Shown here in pieces: positions 48,125-59,878 of a stretch of DNA of 64,000 bases. The DNA lies in the NCBI GenBank assembly GCA_027923505.1, contig BROI01000004.1, positions 434,001 through 498,000 on the forward strand, in the 5' to 3' direction. Both the position numbers and the translations under genes were made by a program. The stretch comes from Mayamaea pseudoterrestris. Its lineage: Eukaryota. Under the pieces are notes generated by a model. That model searched no databases and was not told the origin of the DNA. It was given only the letters and a program-made list of their open reading frames with translations. Numbering within the stretch: the first letter of the stretch is position 1; the number at the start of each line of letters is the position of its first letter.

Positions 48125-48441
48125 GATTTTGTGTAAGTGGTAGCCTGCTATTGATTAAAGAGGAACGATGTGCGAGAGGCCCTTTTCCATGGTGAATTTC
48201 ACGCGTCACGCAAACGCAAGACGAAGGCGATGTCAGTACCGATACGACTATAACGCAGTACCGCTACGACTACAAACGTAATCGGATCCGTTTCGAGGCT
48301 GTGCGCGTCGATCGCCGACCACATCACCATGGCGAATCTCTTCCATTACTGTCATTCAAATGTTATAAACTACTGACATCACGTGCAAATAGTAACTGAG
48401 AGACAGAGATTTACTTCAAAATAATTCAATTACCATCCGTC

Positions 48442-51400
48442 ATGGCGGAGACTCCACGGAGCAGCAACGTGAACGTCAGCCGCAATCTGCTGCCGGAGCG
48501 TGATCAACGGAGGCTCGCCCTTCCCATCGTTCCTCCGCACCGCAGCAATCCGCACGAGAGCGACTACGACGACGACTATGACAGCAATGACGATTTCTGC
48601 TATCCATCAAGTGACAGGAAATATATGAGTGCAAGCATGAGCGGTGGAAGCAAAAAGCACCGAAAACGTACTACTACTACACCATTGGATGGCGCCCATC
48701 GACCCCATCATCACCATCACCATCATTCAACTACAACAAACTCCACTACCAAGAGTACGATTGCTGTCCGCCGCCGCTTCCAGCGCGTCTCTCGCCAAGT
48801 CGGCCGCGTCACCAAAGAAAAGCTATGGAACTCGAACGAAATGAGCATCAAGGCCGCACTCACCGCCGTTGACCAGTGGGAGGCGTGCTACAATGCGTTG
48901 CGCCTGCTGCTGGTCACTTCAGTGCACTCGGCGCGCGGCATTTACGGCGCGGCCAAGGAGGGAGTGGGGACGCTGGAGCATGGGTTGTTAATGCCGGTGC
49001 GTGACTGGATCTTGCTGCCAGCCTTTATCGGCATGGAGCAAGCAGCGTCGGAAACGACATCGTTTCTGCAGTCTCAACAAGCGCGGCAGCTGGGACATGA
49101 AACCTTGGAGCTGGCGCGGAACGTTCCAGTCATTGGATCCAACTTGTTGGCGCCGACGTTGTGCTTTTCGGTTGGATTTCTGCAGCGGACGTGGGAGATT
49201 GCGCAGTATCCGATTCCATCCAAGGAGCAGGTGCGCGATACTGTGGATGACGCATTGACGGGCACCAAGTGGGCGCTCTCGAGGGCGGCAAGGGAAATTT
49301 TTCTCTACGTTAAACGGGCGGATGCAAATATTACGCGAACCATTTCGCACACGCAGTGGAAGTTGGTTGGATCAGGTCCGTATGCGTCGTTGGACGATAC
49401 TGCCAAGGCTGAAGTGATTGATCATTTATGCGAACGATACTTTAGTTTGACGGATCCAGTGGCGCGCTATGAACTTGCTGCTCATGTTCGCACGCAGAAT
49501 CGGCCGCTCTACCATGACTTGGTCTTGACTGGTTTGTTGAAGCAGCGCGGAAGTGATTTGACCAGTGACGACGAATGGTTGTCTAGTGCGCCTTGCTATC
49601 GACAACTTGAGGAGGCATTTTTGATCAGACAACAATCTACAAAACAATTGACGCAGCAATCGACGACGACAGATGGTGAACATCTAATGGTGGATGTATC
49701 GGCTCTTTGGTTTCGACTCCCCTTTGTCAATGGCAATCGACCGGCACGAGACGCACCGTGGATTGTGTTTAGTAGAAAGGAGCAAAAGGCATTGGAGCAT
49801 CGATACCTGGAGATTTTGCGTGAGGGTGAAGGCGTCTTGAGCGAGCCGCCAGTGGTGGAGGAGCGGTTGGACGATCCACTATTTAATGATCAGCAGCGAG
49901 CGACACCGCTTTGGCCAACGATTGCGCAGTGGTACGATGTCGACGACCCTGCCTCGGATGTCTTGGTTGATCAGAAACGCCACGCGGTATCCTACATGGC
50001 CTGCTGCCCCAAGTGTCGACTACCGCATGCTAAAGCGGTGCCTCCTTTGACGCAGAAGCGATATGGAGATGTCTGCGCATCGTGTATCGAGCATGATGAT
50101 TTAATCCCTTCTGTGTGTGGCTTGTTGATGCCTCCTCCGGTTGCAATGGTCATGCGTCCTACCTTTTGGCGGTTTCATGGACCAGGCGACGAAGTGCGCC
50201 GAGCAACGTGGTTCCTGGATACACCCCGGGTCGGCCTGCAGCCGTTTGACGACGAAGCGACATCGATCTTGGAGGATGCATACCTATTTCTGAAATGGAT
50301 GTCAAAGCGTCAAGCGTTTGAAACCGATACTATTGACGGAGTGTTGCTGACAGTCGAAGTGCCATGTCCAGATGGCGCGGAAAGACTTGTTCAATTCAGT
50401 TCACTAAGCCGAGCAACGGCTATCCAGAAAGGTCTGGGCGCGGCGGTTGCATTATTCAAGCGCCAAGTCTTTCGTGGTGCATGGATAGAGGAAAAGTCGG
50501 TTACAGAAAAACACCAGGAACGCGTCTCTACTGTCGAGGAGTCGTTGATCAATGCGATTGAGGAGCACGGAGCGTTGGGCGACACGTTGGTTCCAAACAT
50601 GTCAATTCGCCTTGCTCTCTCACCGGCGAAAGTGGATATGCACGAGGATCGCCTCGTTCTGTACGAGGATGAAGCAAACAGTCTTGCAGCAGATCCAGAA
50701 TTGCTCGAGGAAACAATGGGAAAGTATTTGAACGACCAGCGCGATGGAAAAATCGATCATCTCGTTTTGATTGTTCACGGCATCGGGGAGATGCTTCGTT
50801 CCATTGATGTATTTGGTCTTTCGCTGCCCAACCTGTCATCCATTGTAGACTGCTGTGCCTACTTACGAAAGAATCATCTTGAAGTGCAGGATGCTCATTT
50901 TACTGAAATGTATCCGTCGGCCGATGAAGGAACACGGTCAGCGACTGGTCGGGTTGAGTATCTACCAATTGAGTGGCACGAAGCTTTTTCTATTTTGTCG
51001 CAGCGATTGCGGCCGTCCGAGTCGAATGGCTTGCCACAACGGAAAGCGCCTCATGTCATGTTAAAGGATATCACTCCGCGCACCATACCAAATCTGCGCG
51101 ACTTTGCCAACGACACTCTCATGGATGTGCTCTACTTTATGAGTCCCGAGCACCACGACATCATTATCGACGTCGTAACGAATGAAATGAATGTCGTTGT
51201 AGATAAATTTCGGCGCCTTTCTGGGTTCAATGGGCGCATATCTGTTATTGGTCACAGTTTGGGATCAATCATTGCGTGGGACATGTTGGCGAATCAGATC
51301 CCAAGGGGCATGAGAGGCGTCGCATCTGATGAAAGCTTCGATACTGTATCTGGAACGTACAGTCCTGCTTTGAATATCGATCGCAGAGCTCCGTATGTGT

Positions 51401-52110
51401 GTGCACCGGAAGTTACAGATCCACCACTTGCCTCGCTATCGGACTATCCTCCGCTTAGCTTTACAGTCGACAATTTTTTCCTTTTGGGCTCCCCTGTGGC
51501 GGTGTTCCTGATGATTCGCAATCAACGCAAGCCCCTGAGTGATGACTTTTACTTGAAAGGCTGTCGACGCGTCTATAACATCTATCATCCTTACGACCCC
51601 GTCGCTTATCGGATTGAGCCTTGCATTGATCCTCGAAATGCTGATGTTGAAGCGACTATTATGAAGCACTGGAACGGCGGCTTTCGAGTGCAGTATCAAA
51701 CCAAGCGCCTGTGGCGCAAGCTCGTCGACACGACTTGGAAGGCTCAGCATTCGGTGGTCGAGATGTTTGAGGCGAGCATGGCAGGAATGGGACTGGTCGA
51801 CACGGCAGTGAGCGAAGATACAGACGACGAAGACATGTCGGCCTCGGATACTAGTTACGACGATACACGTATGCATCGGGTAGTGACAGGTCAGCTTAAC
51901 CAGGGGCGACGCGTGGACTACATGATGCAGGAACGTGAGATTGAGAACGCGAACGAGTATGTTGCCGCTCTTGCGGCACATTCCTCGTACTGGACAGAGA
52001 AGGATTTGTCGTTGTTTGTGGCTCGACAGATATATCTCAGCTCGCTCGAACAACAAGCTGAGCAAGAAGAGTCTGATAATTGGGACGACATCTCATCGCT
52101 TGACTTTTGA
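48442..52110 (+). CDS. DDHD-domain phospholipase A1 (SEC23IP/DDHD family)
   Basis: HLVLIVHGIG, GHSLGS lipase motif, NIYHPYDPVAYRIEP, RVDYMMQ, AHSSYW. Confidence 0.9.
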   Translation: MAETPRSSNVNVSRNLLPERDQRRLALPIVPPHRSNPHESDYDDDYDSNDDFCYPSSDRKYMSASMSGGSKKHRKRTTTTPLDGAHRPHHHHHHHSTTTNSTTKSTIAVRRRFQRVSRQVGRVTKEKLWNSNEMSIKAALTAVDQWEACYNALRLLLVTSVHSARGIYGAAKEGVGTLEHGLLMPVRDWILLPAFIGMEQAASETTSFLQSQQARQLGHETLELARNVPVIGSNLLAPTLCFSVGFLQRTWEIAQYPIPSKEQVRDTVDDALTGTKWALSRAAREIFLYVKRADANITRTISHTQWKLVGSGPYASLDDTAKAEVIDHLCERYFSLTDPVARYELAAHVRTQNRPLYHDLVLTGLLKQRGSDLTSDDEWLSSAPCYRQLEEAFLIRQQSTKQLTQQSTTTDGEHLMVDVSALWFRLPFVNGNRPARDAPWIVFSRKEQKALEHRYLEILREGEGVLSEPPVVEERLDDPLFNDQQRATPLWPTIAQWYDVDDPASDVLVDQKRHAVSYMACCPKCRLPHAKAVPPLTQKRYGDVCASCIEHDDLIPSVCGLLMPPPVAMVMRPTFWRFHGPGDEVRRATWFLDTPRVGLQPFDDEATSILEDAYLFLKWMSKRQAFETDTIDGVLLTVEVPCPDGAERLVQFSSLSRATAIQKGLGAAVALFKRQVFRGAWIEEKSVTEKHQERVSTVEESLINAIEEHGALGDTLVPNMSIRLALSPAKVDMHEDRLVLYEDEANSLAADPELLEETMGKYLNDQRDGKIDHLVLIVHGIGEMLRSIDVFGLSLPNLSSIVDCCAYLRKNHLEVQDAHFTEMYPSADEGTRSATGRVEYLPIEWHEAFSILSQRLRPSESNGLPQRKAPHVMLKDITPRTIPNLRDFANDTLMDVLYFMSPEHHDIIIDVVTNEMNVVVDKFRRLSGFNGRISVIGHSLGSIIAWDMLANQIPRGMRGVASDESFDTVSGTYSPALNIDRRAPYVCAPEVTDPPLASLSDYPPLSFTVDNFFLLGSPVAVFLMIRNQRKPLSDDFYLKGCRRVYNIYHPYDPVAYRIEPCIDPRNADVEATIMKHWNGGFRVQYQTKRLWRKLVDTTWKAQHSVVEMFEASMAGMGLVDTAVSEDTDDEDMSASDTSYDDTRMHRVVTGQLNQGRRVDYMMQEREIENANEYVAALAAHSSYWTEKDLSLFVARQIYLSSLEQQAEQEESDNWDDISSLDF

Positions 52111-52188
52111 AAAGAATGATATGCATAATATGTGGACTCCCTATACATTTACTAACGTTAATGAAGTAAAATAGATGTCACGAATATT

Positions 52189-54444
52189 TTATTTTCGATG
52201 CCTTCTTTGGCGTTTCTTTTCCTCCTTTCGTGCAGCTTGTTGTTCAGATTCAGCAATCGATGCAATTTTTGTAAACACACTTGGTCGCAAAGGTTCGACA
52301 CTTGCTTGTAAATCGTCTGGATTACTATCAGTAGAGCTCAAATCGTCACCGTCATCGTCGCTATCGTCTGAGCTCGACCTATGAAGCGGCGTATGCGGAG
52401 GCTCCGTTATTGCTTCAACATCGGCATCCGTTATAGCTCCCGATGCCAAAGTGTTCTTCCTGTCGGTGTCAGTATTATGCTCATTTGCATCAGGTTCTTG
52501 CCAAAAGCTAGCGCCAAAATCATGATCACCCAAATTGTCGAAAAAGTCAGGTCGGAGAATATTACTCGCCAGCAAACGTTCCTTCGCCTCTATAATATCT
52601 GGATCATCCCCAGCAATCCCAAGAGATTCCTCGAGTGCACGAGCCAGGGCCAGTCGTGGATTGTCCTCCGCCGTCGAAACGCTCGCCGCCTCCGTGTCGT
52701 CATCTTGCGTGTCATGCGAGGAAGAGCCATTGGCGGTCACGTGCGTGCCGGGACTACTCTCTAAATCATCATCATGTCGCTCGTCGCCTTCCGGAATGGA
52801 CCCATTGTCCAAATGCTTCTTTTTCTTGCTACCCGTCTTTGCCTCTGACGAGCTCAGAATCAAGCGCACATCATTCAAAAAGTCTCCCAGCGCAATGCTG
52901 TCACCAAACGCACTCTGCGACTGCTTGACCCGATAGCCCTCCTGCCATTCATCCGTGGGAAAGCAGTAGAAGTGCGCAATCGAAAAAGCCAACATTTCAA
53001 TGCAAATTAAAAAGTTTTGCGCCGACTTGGCCCACTCTTCGGCGTCATCACCGCCCGCATCCGTCATGGTGGCAACTGTCGAAATGACAAGACCCTGCCA
53101 AAACGTCATGAACACCACTCCCTTTATGCACAGAAACTTGGCAAACGGCCGACACCAGGCAAGCTCCGTATCAACCGCGTGATAAAACTTGAGCAAACCG
53201 GCAAAGGCGGTAAAGATGGAAATGTTTTGCACGACGGTGAACCAAAACTGCGGCGACCGATAGTCCGTCGGTCCCGTGCCCGCTCCGTAGTATCCAAGTT
53301 GATTGCATACCACGCCTCCAATCGTCGTCAATGGCCGAAACAAGACAAACTGCAGCGCAAACACTTGACACTGCGTCAAAATGGCATCCGCCAATGCTCG
53401 ATTGCTTTCATACGGATCCGGTACGCAGCATCCACAAATTTCAAAGCAACCGCAGAGTCGAAAGGGCGGCGTCAAGTGGTCGGCATGTTTCGACAAGTGA
53501 TCCACCACCGTGTTGCGATCACCCTTGCCAATGACGGCAATGCAAAAGGCCAAAAACTGGTAGACAACGTACGCTTCGTAACTATCCTTTATAATTGCCA
53601 AGTAGCCTTCGGCGGAGTGAAAGACCAAACTGAACCACGACGTGACGGCGTAAATGGGCGACATGTACAGAATCGCCAAAATCTTGCGCTGAACATCCGG
53701 TTCGTTCATTTTGCGCAAGTGCGCCGTCATGTGCCACATGGATATCAGACACGTCAACAGTGTAAACGTGCCCGCCAGTTGATACACCATGAAGCTATTC
53801 TCCATGCTGAACTGATCCTGCGTCGTCAACACGTACTGCTCCACGTCCGCCTTGACCTTGTCCACGTCGTGCTGAATGTCGCGCTTGGCCTGCGCCACAG
53901 TGTTGGACAGCTCACTGAGTGTCACGTTGAGTTGTTTCGTCACGTCGCGCTGGGTGCGAACCAACTCGTCGTGTGTTTCGCGCTCCACTGCCGACACGTC
54001 CTTGGACAATGCGCGCAGTTTCGAAACCACGTCGACATTGGTGACGGAACCGTTGAAGCGCTCCATGACGCGCTCATGCGCCTCGAGCAAGTGGTCGAGT
54101 TGGTGCACGTGGTCACGTTCGTGCTCCAATTCGTGCGAAAGCTCCACCAGTTGGTGCTGCACGTGAATGTTCCAGACAATCGTGGCGGCGGATAGCAGGA
54201 GAAGGAGCGTCACGAAAGCAAAGGCACTGCCGCGGCGCGTTCGAGTCATGGTGCTTGATGCTGCTGCTGATGATTGTACATTGTTATTGTTGCTACTGTT
54301 GCGCGATGCGTTGCTCGTGCGGCGTCGCTGCTGCAGTGTCGTTGATGTCGTCGATTGTTGCTGCTCCGTCGTATGGCTCTGATGGCTGGCCGGAGATATC
54401 GGATGAGACATTAACGCCGTCTCTTCGTCGTCTCCGTAACTCAT
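52189..54444 (-). CDS. TMEM184/OST-alpha family transporter with N-terminal TM plus coiled-coil extension
   Basis: ILYMSPIYAVTSW, DSYEAYVVYQF, KFLCIKGVVFMTFWQG, QNFLICIEM. Confidence 0.88.
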   Translation of the reverse strand: MSYGDDEETALMSHPISPASHQSHTTEQQQSTTSTTLQQRRRTSNASRNSSNNNNVQSSAAASSTMTRTRRGSAFAFVTLLLLLSAATIVWNIHVQHQLVELSHELEHERDHVHQLDHLLEAHERVMERFNGSVTNVDVVSKLRALSKDVSAVERETHDELVRTQRDVTKQLNVTLSELSNTVAQAKRDIQHDVDKVKADVEQYVLTTQDQFSMENSFMVYQLAGTFTLLTCLISMWHMTAHLRKMNEPDVQRKILAILYMSPIYAVTSWFSLVFHSAEGYLAIIKDSYEAYVVYQFLAFCIAVIGKGDRNTVVDHLSKHADHLTPPFRLCGCFEICGCCVPDPYESNRALADAILTQCQVFALQFVLFRPLTTIGGVVCNQLGYYGAGTGPTDYRSPQFWFTVVQNISIFTAFAGLLKFYHAVDTELAWCRPFAKFLCIKGVVFMTFWQGLVISTVATMTDAGGDDAEEWAKSAQNFLICIEMLAFSIAHFYCFPTDEWQEGYRVKQSQSAFGDSIALGDFLNDVRLILSSSEAKTGSKKKKHLDNGSIPEGDERHDDDLESSPGTHVTANGSSSHDTQDDDTEAASVSTAEDNPRLALARALEESLGIAGDDPDIIEAKERLLASNILRPDFFDNLGDHDFGASFWQEPDANEHNTDTDRKNTLASGAITDADVEAITEPPHTPLHRSSSDDSDDDGDDLSSTDSNPDDLQASVEPLRPSVFTKIASIAESEQQAARKEEKKRQRRHRK

Positions 54445-55222
54445 TATGCTGGGCGAATGTGATGCGTTTGGAAAGTGAATGGTAGTTGGACGTACGAAAG
54501 GATCGCTGTCGGTCGGCGGCGCACTTGGTGTTGCTTGTTGCTGGCTAGATCACCACAGCCTTTGACTCTGCGACCCAGAACGTCCTCTTATATATCAAAC
54601 TGTCTTTCTGTAGATCCCGTCAAGCTATCCGTAGCTTGACTTATACAAACGTAGGCATGAACAATAAGCTCTTGTTTCCCTTACGCAATGGTTCCGAAGG
54701 TTCAACTGCTTGCTCTTTCCATCGAGAGCTGCACGCCATGAGTTAAGGTTGAGGATGATTTGTGACGCTGCGACACAGTTTGTCACGCTGCGACGTTTTG
54801 TCACGCCGTCGAGCGACCATCACACCATGGGAAAAGCCGCATGGATTCGAACGCAAGGACGAGACGAGAGAGAATGAGTTTAAGACATAGCAGTAGAGAC
54901 CATCATGCATTCCTGGAGCTTGACATTTGTCACAAGAATGGATGATTGCACTACTACGTAGTCGTAGGCACACGATTGACTCGGACGAACCAAACTGTGA
55001 TTCAATGTCAATCCATGTGTGTGTGAGCGGGAGCGGAAGCAAGATGCGCGCAGTCCAGGATGTGTGAGATCGTGCTTACAGTCGTGCTAAACATGCTGCG
55101 CAAAACATGATCATATGCATTACTTTAGAAAAAAGGCAACACGTTACTCTTTGTGTTGGCCATTCCATAAAATTGCACCTATATCAAGTGCCATCACAAC
55201 TCACAACCCTGCATACGTTTGC

Positions 55223-55766
55223 CATGCCAACCGACATTCCGTTATCCATTAGCATCCAATTGACGGCTGACCGCCCATCTCGTCCATCATTCCTTCTGCA
55301 AGGCTTTGTCAAATCATTCACGAGCAGGACGAGACCTCTACACGACGATGACGACTGCAGCGAGTCGCTGCACAAGACGCCGCCCACGCCGCGAGGAACG
55401 CACAGCTTTCTCAAGCGCTTTTGTTGGAGCTGCGACCACTGCAGGAATCATAAACGAAAGCGCCCACAACATTATCCAAAGACTCTATCTATATCCACCA
55501 TTCCCACCGAAATTGTCGTTCGACACGCCAACAACAACAATGAGCGCCGCGACGCTGTCCCGCTCTTGGGCGCGGATCATTTCGTGGAAACGGGCAGCAC
55601 CTACGACGCGTCGCCCGCCGTGCCTGCAACAATGAACGTTCCAGAGCTGGTGGCTGTCGAACTTTGCCAAGGTCAAGACTGCAGGAACAACGAAACGCAC
55701 CCAGACGGTGCCAACAACATGAAGGGAAACGTGTCTCATTCAAAGCGCTCACATGAGTGGATTTGA
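55223..55766 (+). CDS. Hypothetical protein
   Basis: Open frame of ~180 aa from MPTDIP; no recognisable motif. Confidence 0.3.
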
Positions 55767-56015
55767 CAACGACTACTACTCGTCATGGCTGGATTAGAAA
55801 CGCTTGTTTGAAAAGCAAACGTGGAGCGGAACAATGATTGCGCCGCAGAAGTAGGAGCAGGGAAGCATCTTTCGGATGTTACCTATCCTTCAAGGTACAC
55901 CTTTTTCAAAACCAACAATGAAATACAAAGCTAGTTCACAGACATGTACTCGAAACGCATAATGTAATCTTAGATGTAAAACGTAATAAATCCCTTCCCC
56001 ATGGTGCCACCTGAA

Positions 56016-58193
56016 TCACACCGACGCCTCGTACGACATGGGGCCACTCAACGTATCCACCAGTGCCGTTTGCCGCAAGCCTTGACTCTCGTGCACATAG
56101 CTCTGACGAAAGGACCCACTCGCTTCGTTGGAATACACGCGGTAGTCATCATCATTTTTGAAACTAGAACTTGCTGGGCGATGAAAGTTTTCGGCGTCAA
56201 GATTGAGTATACCATTACTGACCGTAGTGTCGGAAACTGTCGGGTTGCGATACATTTGCTCGTCATCCATCGCTGAAAACATTCCATTACCAATCGTTTC
56301 GTCATTTGATTTCTTTGCTGTCACTGTATCGTCCATGCCATCGTTGACTGCTCGATGGAAATCAATGGACCGTGGGGAATCCCGCGTCATTTCGTCGCGG
56401 TCATGCGGCATGTCCAAAAGCTCCATGAATCCAAGGCCCCGTGGAATGACAGAGTACTTGTTCCATTCTGCGTGTGACCCGTAAAAGTGCGCTTTGATCT
56501 GATCCATGTCACAAGTCTCGGCAATGCCCGGCATTTGGAAAATTTCTCGGCAAAAGTTCAAGAGGCTGGGTGTCAGCATGACAAGACGTGCATTGGCCTT
56601 GAAGTATACACTAAAAACCTCGTCGAATCGGATCAGTGTAACAAAGAGTCGAATGTCGGCGTCAGTGAGAGTATCACCTGTCAAGTATCTCTGCACCTGC
56701 AATATATCGTCTGCCCGGTCGTAAGCATCGCAAAGCTCTGCAATGGCCAGATCGTACGCTATTTGATTCTTCGCAAAACCACACCGATAGATGCCATGGA
56801 TCATTAATGGCGTAAGCCATTCGCTCACTTCATTCAGCTTGACGCGGCCTTCCTCGTCATCCTCCGTGTATAGATCAAGGTCAGGGTTCTTGGCGAACTT
56901 GTTGAAACAAGAGTTGAGCATATACGCAATGTCAGACGATTCGTTGTTGACAATTGTCTTCTGCTCCTTGTCCCACAGCAGTGGAATCGTGTATTTGCCG
57001 CTATTGTCGCCAGCGTACTCGTACAGTTGACGCACGCTGTAGGCGTTGAATTCTGGGTCAGGATCCGTGTTACTGTACGCGGGCGGAAAGGGTCCTCCGC
57101 GACCAATTGTGTTGGCAAACTCCTCCCCAAACGGATCTCCAAACACCCATCCTCGATGCTTGTCAAGTGGGTCAATTGGGCTGGTGAGACGCCATGTAGG
57201 ATGGACATTTGTGACGGATATAACATTTTCAAGACCCTTTAGCGCACGAACGATGAGCGCCCGATGCGACCCAGGGCAAGCGAATGAAAGGTACAGATGG
57301 TAGCGACCCGACTCAACAGGAAACTTGGCGCCTGGCAGGACGCTTATAAAGTCACGCCAGACTGTTTCTGGAACATAAGGTTCGACTGGAGGAATTATTA
57401 TTGGAGCCGGAGGCGAAGGCTTTGTCATTGGGGCCGCATCGATAATCACAAAGTCCTTCTCTTTCTCCACCTGCTCTTGCACTTTTAGTTCGTCAGCATC
57501 TTTCTCTTCCTCAGAAGTTTCATCGTCCTGTTCCTGCTCATTTGGTTTGAACGGTTCGTCTGCATCTTTCTTTTCCTCCGCAGCTTCATCATCTCGCTGC
57601 ACTCGATCAAAGTGTTTTGGAGGCAAGCGCTTCCCGCTTTCACTACGAGTGCTAATTGGTCGGACCGGTGGCGTATCATAAAAGCCATGCGAGTATGAAG
57701 CGTTGTATGTTGAGGGGTCGTCCAAATTTTCGCATCCAGCTTGACTCGTCGGTGTTGAGAAGCCTCCACCATTGTATCCCCGGTATCCACGCAACAAAGC
57801 TTCCGCTTCCTTTCGTCGCTCTCGAAGTTCCTGCTCTCGCTTTCGTTGCTGCATGTACCAAGAATCCATGCCATCGGCTGAAATGTTTGAGGGAGGCTTG
57901 TGAAGGAATTCTCGCTCATGACTCTTGTTTCGCATGGCTGCCAAGAATGCCTTGGCATCTTCCGGTGTCGTTAATGGAGAACCAACTGCAATTGCAATTG
58001 CAATGAGAAAGAGTTTGAGTTTTGCATGCTTCTTTCTTTCGGTGCATGGAAACCTCCTTTCGAACTTACGATCGTTGAGCTTTTGTCGCTGGTTCTTCGC
58101 GAGCTGCTTTTGCCGCAAAAGCTCAAGCTCTCGGGCCACGCGAGAACCCTGCGATGACTTTGTGCTGCTGGGAGCGTTCATGGTCGAGCTCAT
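56016..58193 (-). CDS. Second glutathionyl-hydroquinone reductase-like protein with long N- and C-terminal extensions, probable intron 57986-58069
   Basis: RYHLYLSFACPGSHR, TIPLLWD, VNNESSDI, GIYRCGFA. Confidence 0.85.
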   Translation of the reverse strand: MSSTMNAPSSTKSSQGSRVARELELLRQKQLAKNQRQKLNDRKFERRFPCTERKKHAKLKLFLIAIAIAVGSPLTTPEDAKAFLAAMRNKSHEREFLHKPPSNISADGMDSWYMQQRKREQELRERRKEAEALLRGYRGYNGGGFSTPTSQAGCENLDDPSTYNASYSHGFYDTPPVRPISTRSESGKRLPPKHFDRVQRDDEAAEEKKDADEPFKPNEQEQDDETSEEEKDADELKVQEQVEKEKDFVIIDAAPMTKPSPPAPIIIPPVEPYVPETVWRDFISVLPGAKFPVESGRYHLYLSFACPGSHRALIVRALKGLENVISVTNVHPTWRLTSPIDPLDKHRGWVFGDPFGEEFANTIGRGGPFPPAYSNTDPDPEFNAYSVRQLYEYAGDNSGKYTIPLLWDKEQKTIVNNESSDIAYMLNSCFNKFAKNPDLDLYTEDDEEGRVKLNEVSEWLTPLMIHGIYRCGFAKNQIAYDLAIAELCDAYDRADDILQVQRYLTGDTLTDADIRLFVTLIRFDEVFSVYFKANARLVMLTPSLLNFCREIFQMPGIAETCDMDQIKAHFYGSHAEWNKYSVIPRGLGFMELLDMPHDRDEMTRDSPRSIDFHRAVNDGMDDTVTAKKSNDETIGNGMFSAMDDEQMYRNPTVSDTTVSNGILNLDAENFHRPASSSFKNDDDYRVYSNEASGSFRQSYVHESQGLRQTALVDTLSGPMSYEASV

Positions 58194-58515
58194 TGTTTTC
58201 TCACAAAGGTGTTTCTCAAGTCTATCGCAGCTGCACCTCTTGCAGAACGCAACACTAGCGAGCTTCCGACGAGCAGAGGAGGCACGCGCCGTCGCCAAAC
58301 CACGTGGTAAGATACCATTTTGCTTAAGCTGTGAAACAGCTGCCGATTAGGTCAGACCCGACTCGTCATCTGCGGTAGGGTTAAGGATTTCTGCGTCACA
58401 CAATCTTTTGTCGCTCGACCATGAACGACGGAAGACGAGCCTCATCAACAAGCTTCAGAGTATTACAAGCAGTCGCTCATAAATTGTCGTCATAGGACCA
58501 CACACAGCCGCCGTC

Positions 58516-59126
58516 ATGCGAAAGTACCTACTACTTTGTCTCGTAGCGAGAACCATGGCATTTATGCCACGATATCAAGCTGGCTTCGCTGGTCGATCTG
58601 TCGTCTCACCTTCGGCAAAAACAACATCTGCAGCATTTGTAAGCTATCGCTCAAATGTTCAGCTATTGGCCGAGGAAAATCAATCATCGGCTGAAGGAGA
58701 ATCCGATATAGTGACTATGCAATCCGTCGTGGTTACACCATCACCAACGCAGCCTGCAGTAGCTGCATCGAAATCGGAGCCTGAACTAACCAGTTATCCA
58801 ATCGACATTCCATCACCCATTCTACTTGGAACTTCCATGGTCCTTGCCATTTCCGGAACTGGTATGTACGGGAAATCGTGGGCGGAAGTGTTTGAAATGG
58901 TATTGTCATGTATGTTCGCCGCTAACATCCTACCTTTTGCTTACTCACTTCAACAGGGTCACTGTTCGAGCTATTGGGAGGTGATCCCAAGCTAGGCTTT
59001 GCAACAACAGCTGCTATTGCTGCCGTTGGATTGCCGGCATGTTTGTTTCTGTTCTATGCTGCCATTTTGAAAGCACAGGCTGAGACGGTCGAAGACGACA
59101 AGGCCTTTACGTCCGGCAGGAAATGA
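58516..59126 (+). CDS. Small 2-TM protein with bipartite plastid-targeting-like presequence, intron 58862-58956
   Basis: MRKYLLLCLVARTMA-FMP resembles the ASA-FAP motif and is followed by an S/T-rich transit-like segment; spliced frame is open to TGA at 59124-59126. Confidence 0.65.
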
Positions 59127-59878
59127 AGCTGATTTAACGAGTAGGAGTATTAGCTATAGCATCCACTCTCCAATATTACTAACTGTGCTACACGTGTTTA
59201 ACTGTGAATAAATGCTTGATCATCTCGTACGTATCAAGTAGCTCGAAGAGGAGAGTAGCCTTGGCAGCCTCAAAAAACTTATCTCGCAGCAGGTAGAGAA
59301 GCCAAATTACTTGGGAGTCTCGTTGATTATCGTGCGTACCGCTTAGTATACGATTGATAGATTCTGCTCAATCGTCTCTGTCGAGCATGCTTCACTATCA
59401 ACAAGTAGTAAAGTCGGCATGCATCATGGCTGAGAAAAATTGGACGACGGTCATTGCGATGACATGGTTGTGTACTCAAAGCTTTACTGTGGTTGGAATG
59501 ACAAAAAGAATGGACAAGGAACATTTGAAAACGAACATTAATGTGCGTCACAAGACGGGATCAAGGGATAGCGCGCCACGTTGTTTGCGTCTGTCGGTCA
59601 TCGGGAAATTGAATCTTGGATTCGCGAGATTCGGAAGGAAGGCCGGCAGGCTCACTCATTGGCCTAAAGTCCGCCGTTTCCGTTAAGTAGACTTCTACAC
59701 ACGAGTGAGAAAGGATGAGACTCCGAACGCAAAGAGGCACGAGGTGTCACGAGCCCTTCTCGCGAGTCGGGCCACAACTTTTTAACGATCAAGTGCAGCA
59801 AGTGACTTTTGCTGGCTTCGCTGGGATCACTTGCAGGAAGATTCACTCCCATAACTCCCTCTTACCTTCACTATCATC

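Noticed and set aside
54500..55100. Longer intergenic stretch as a hidden RNA gene or element
   Set aside because: No tRNA fold, repeat or TIR recognised; consistent with a divergent promoter region
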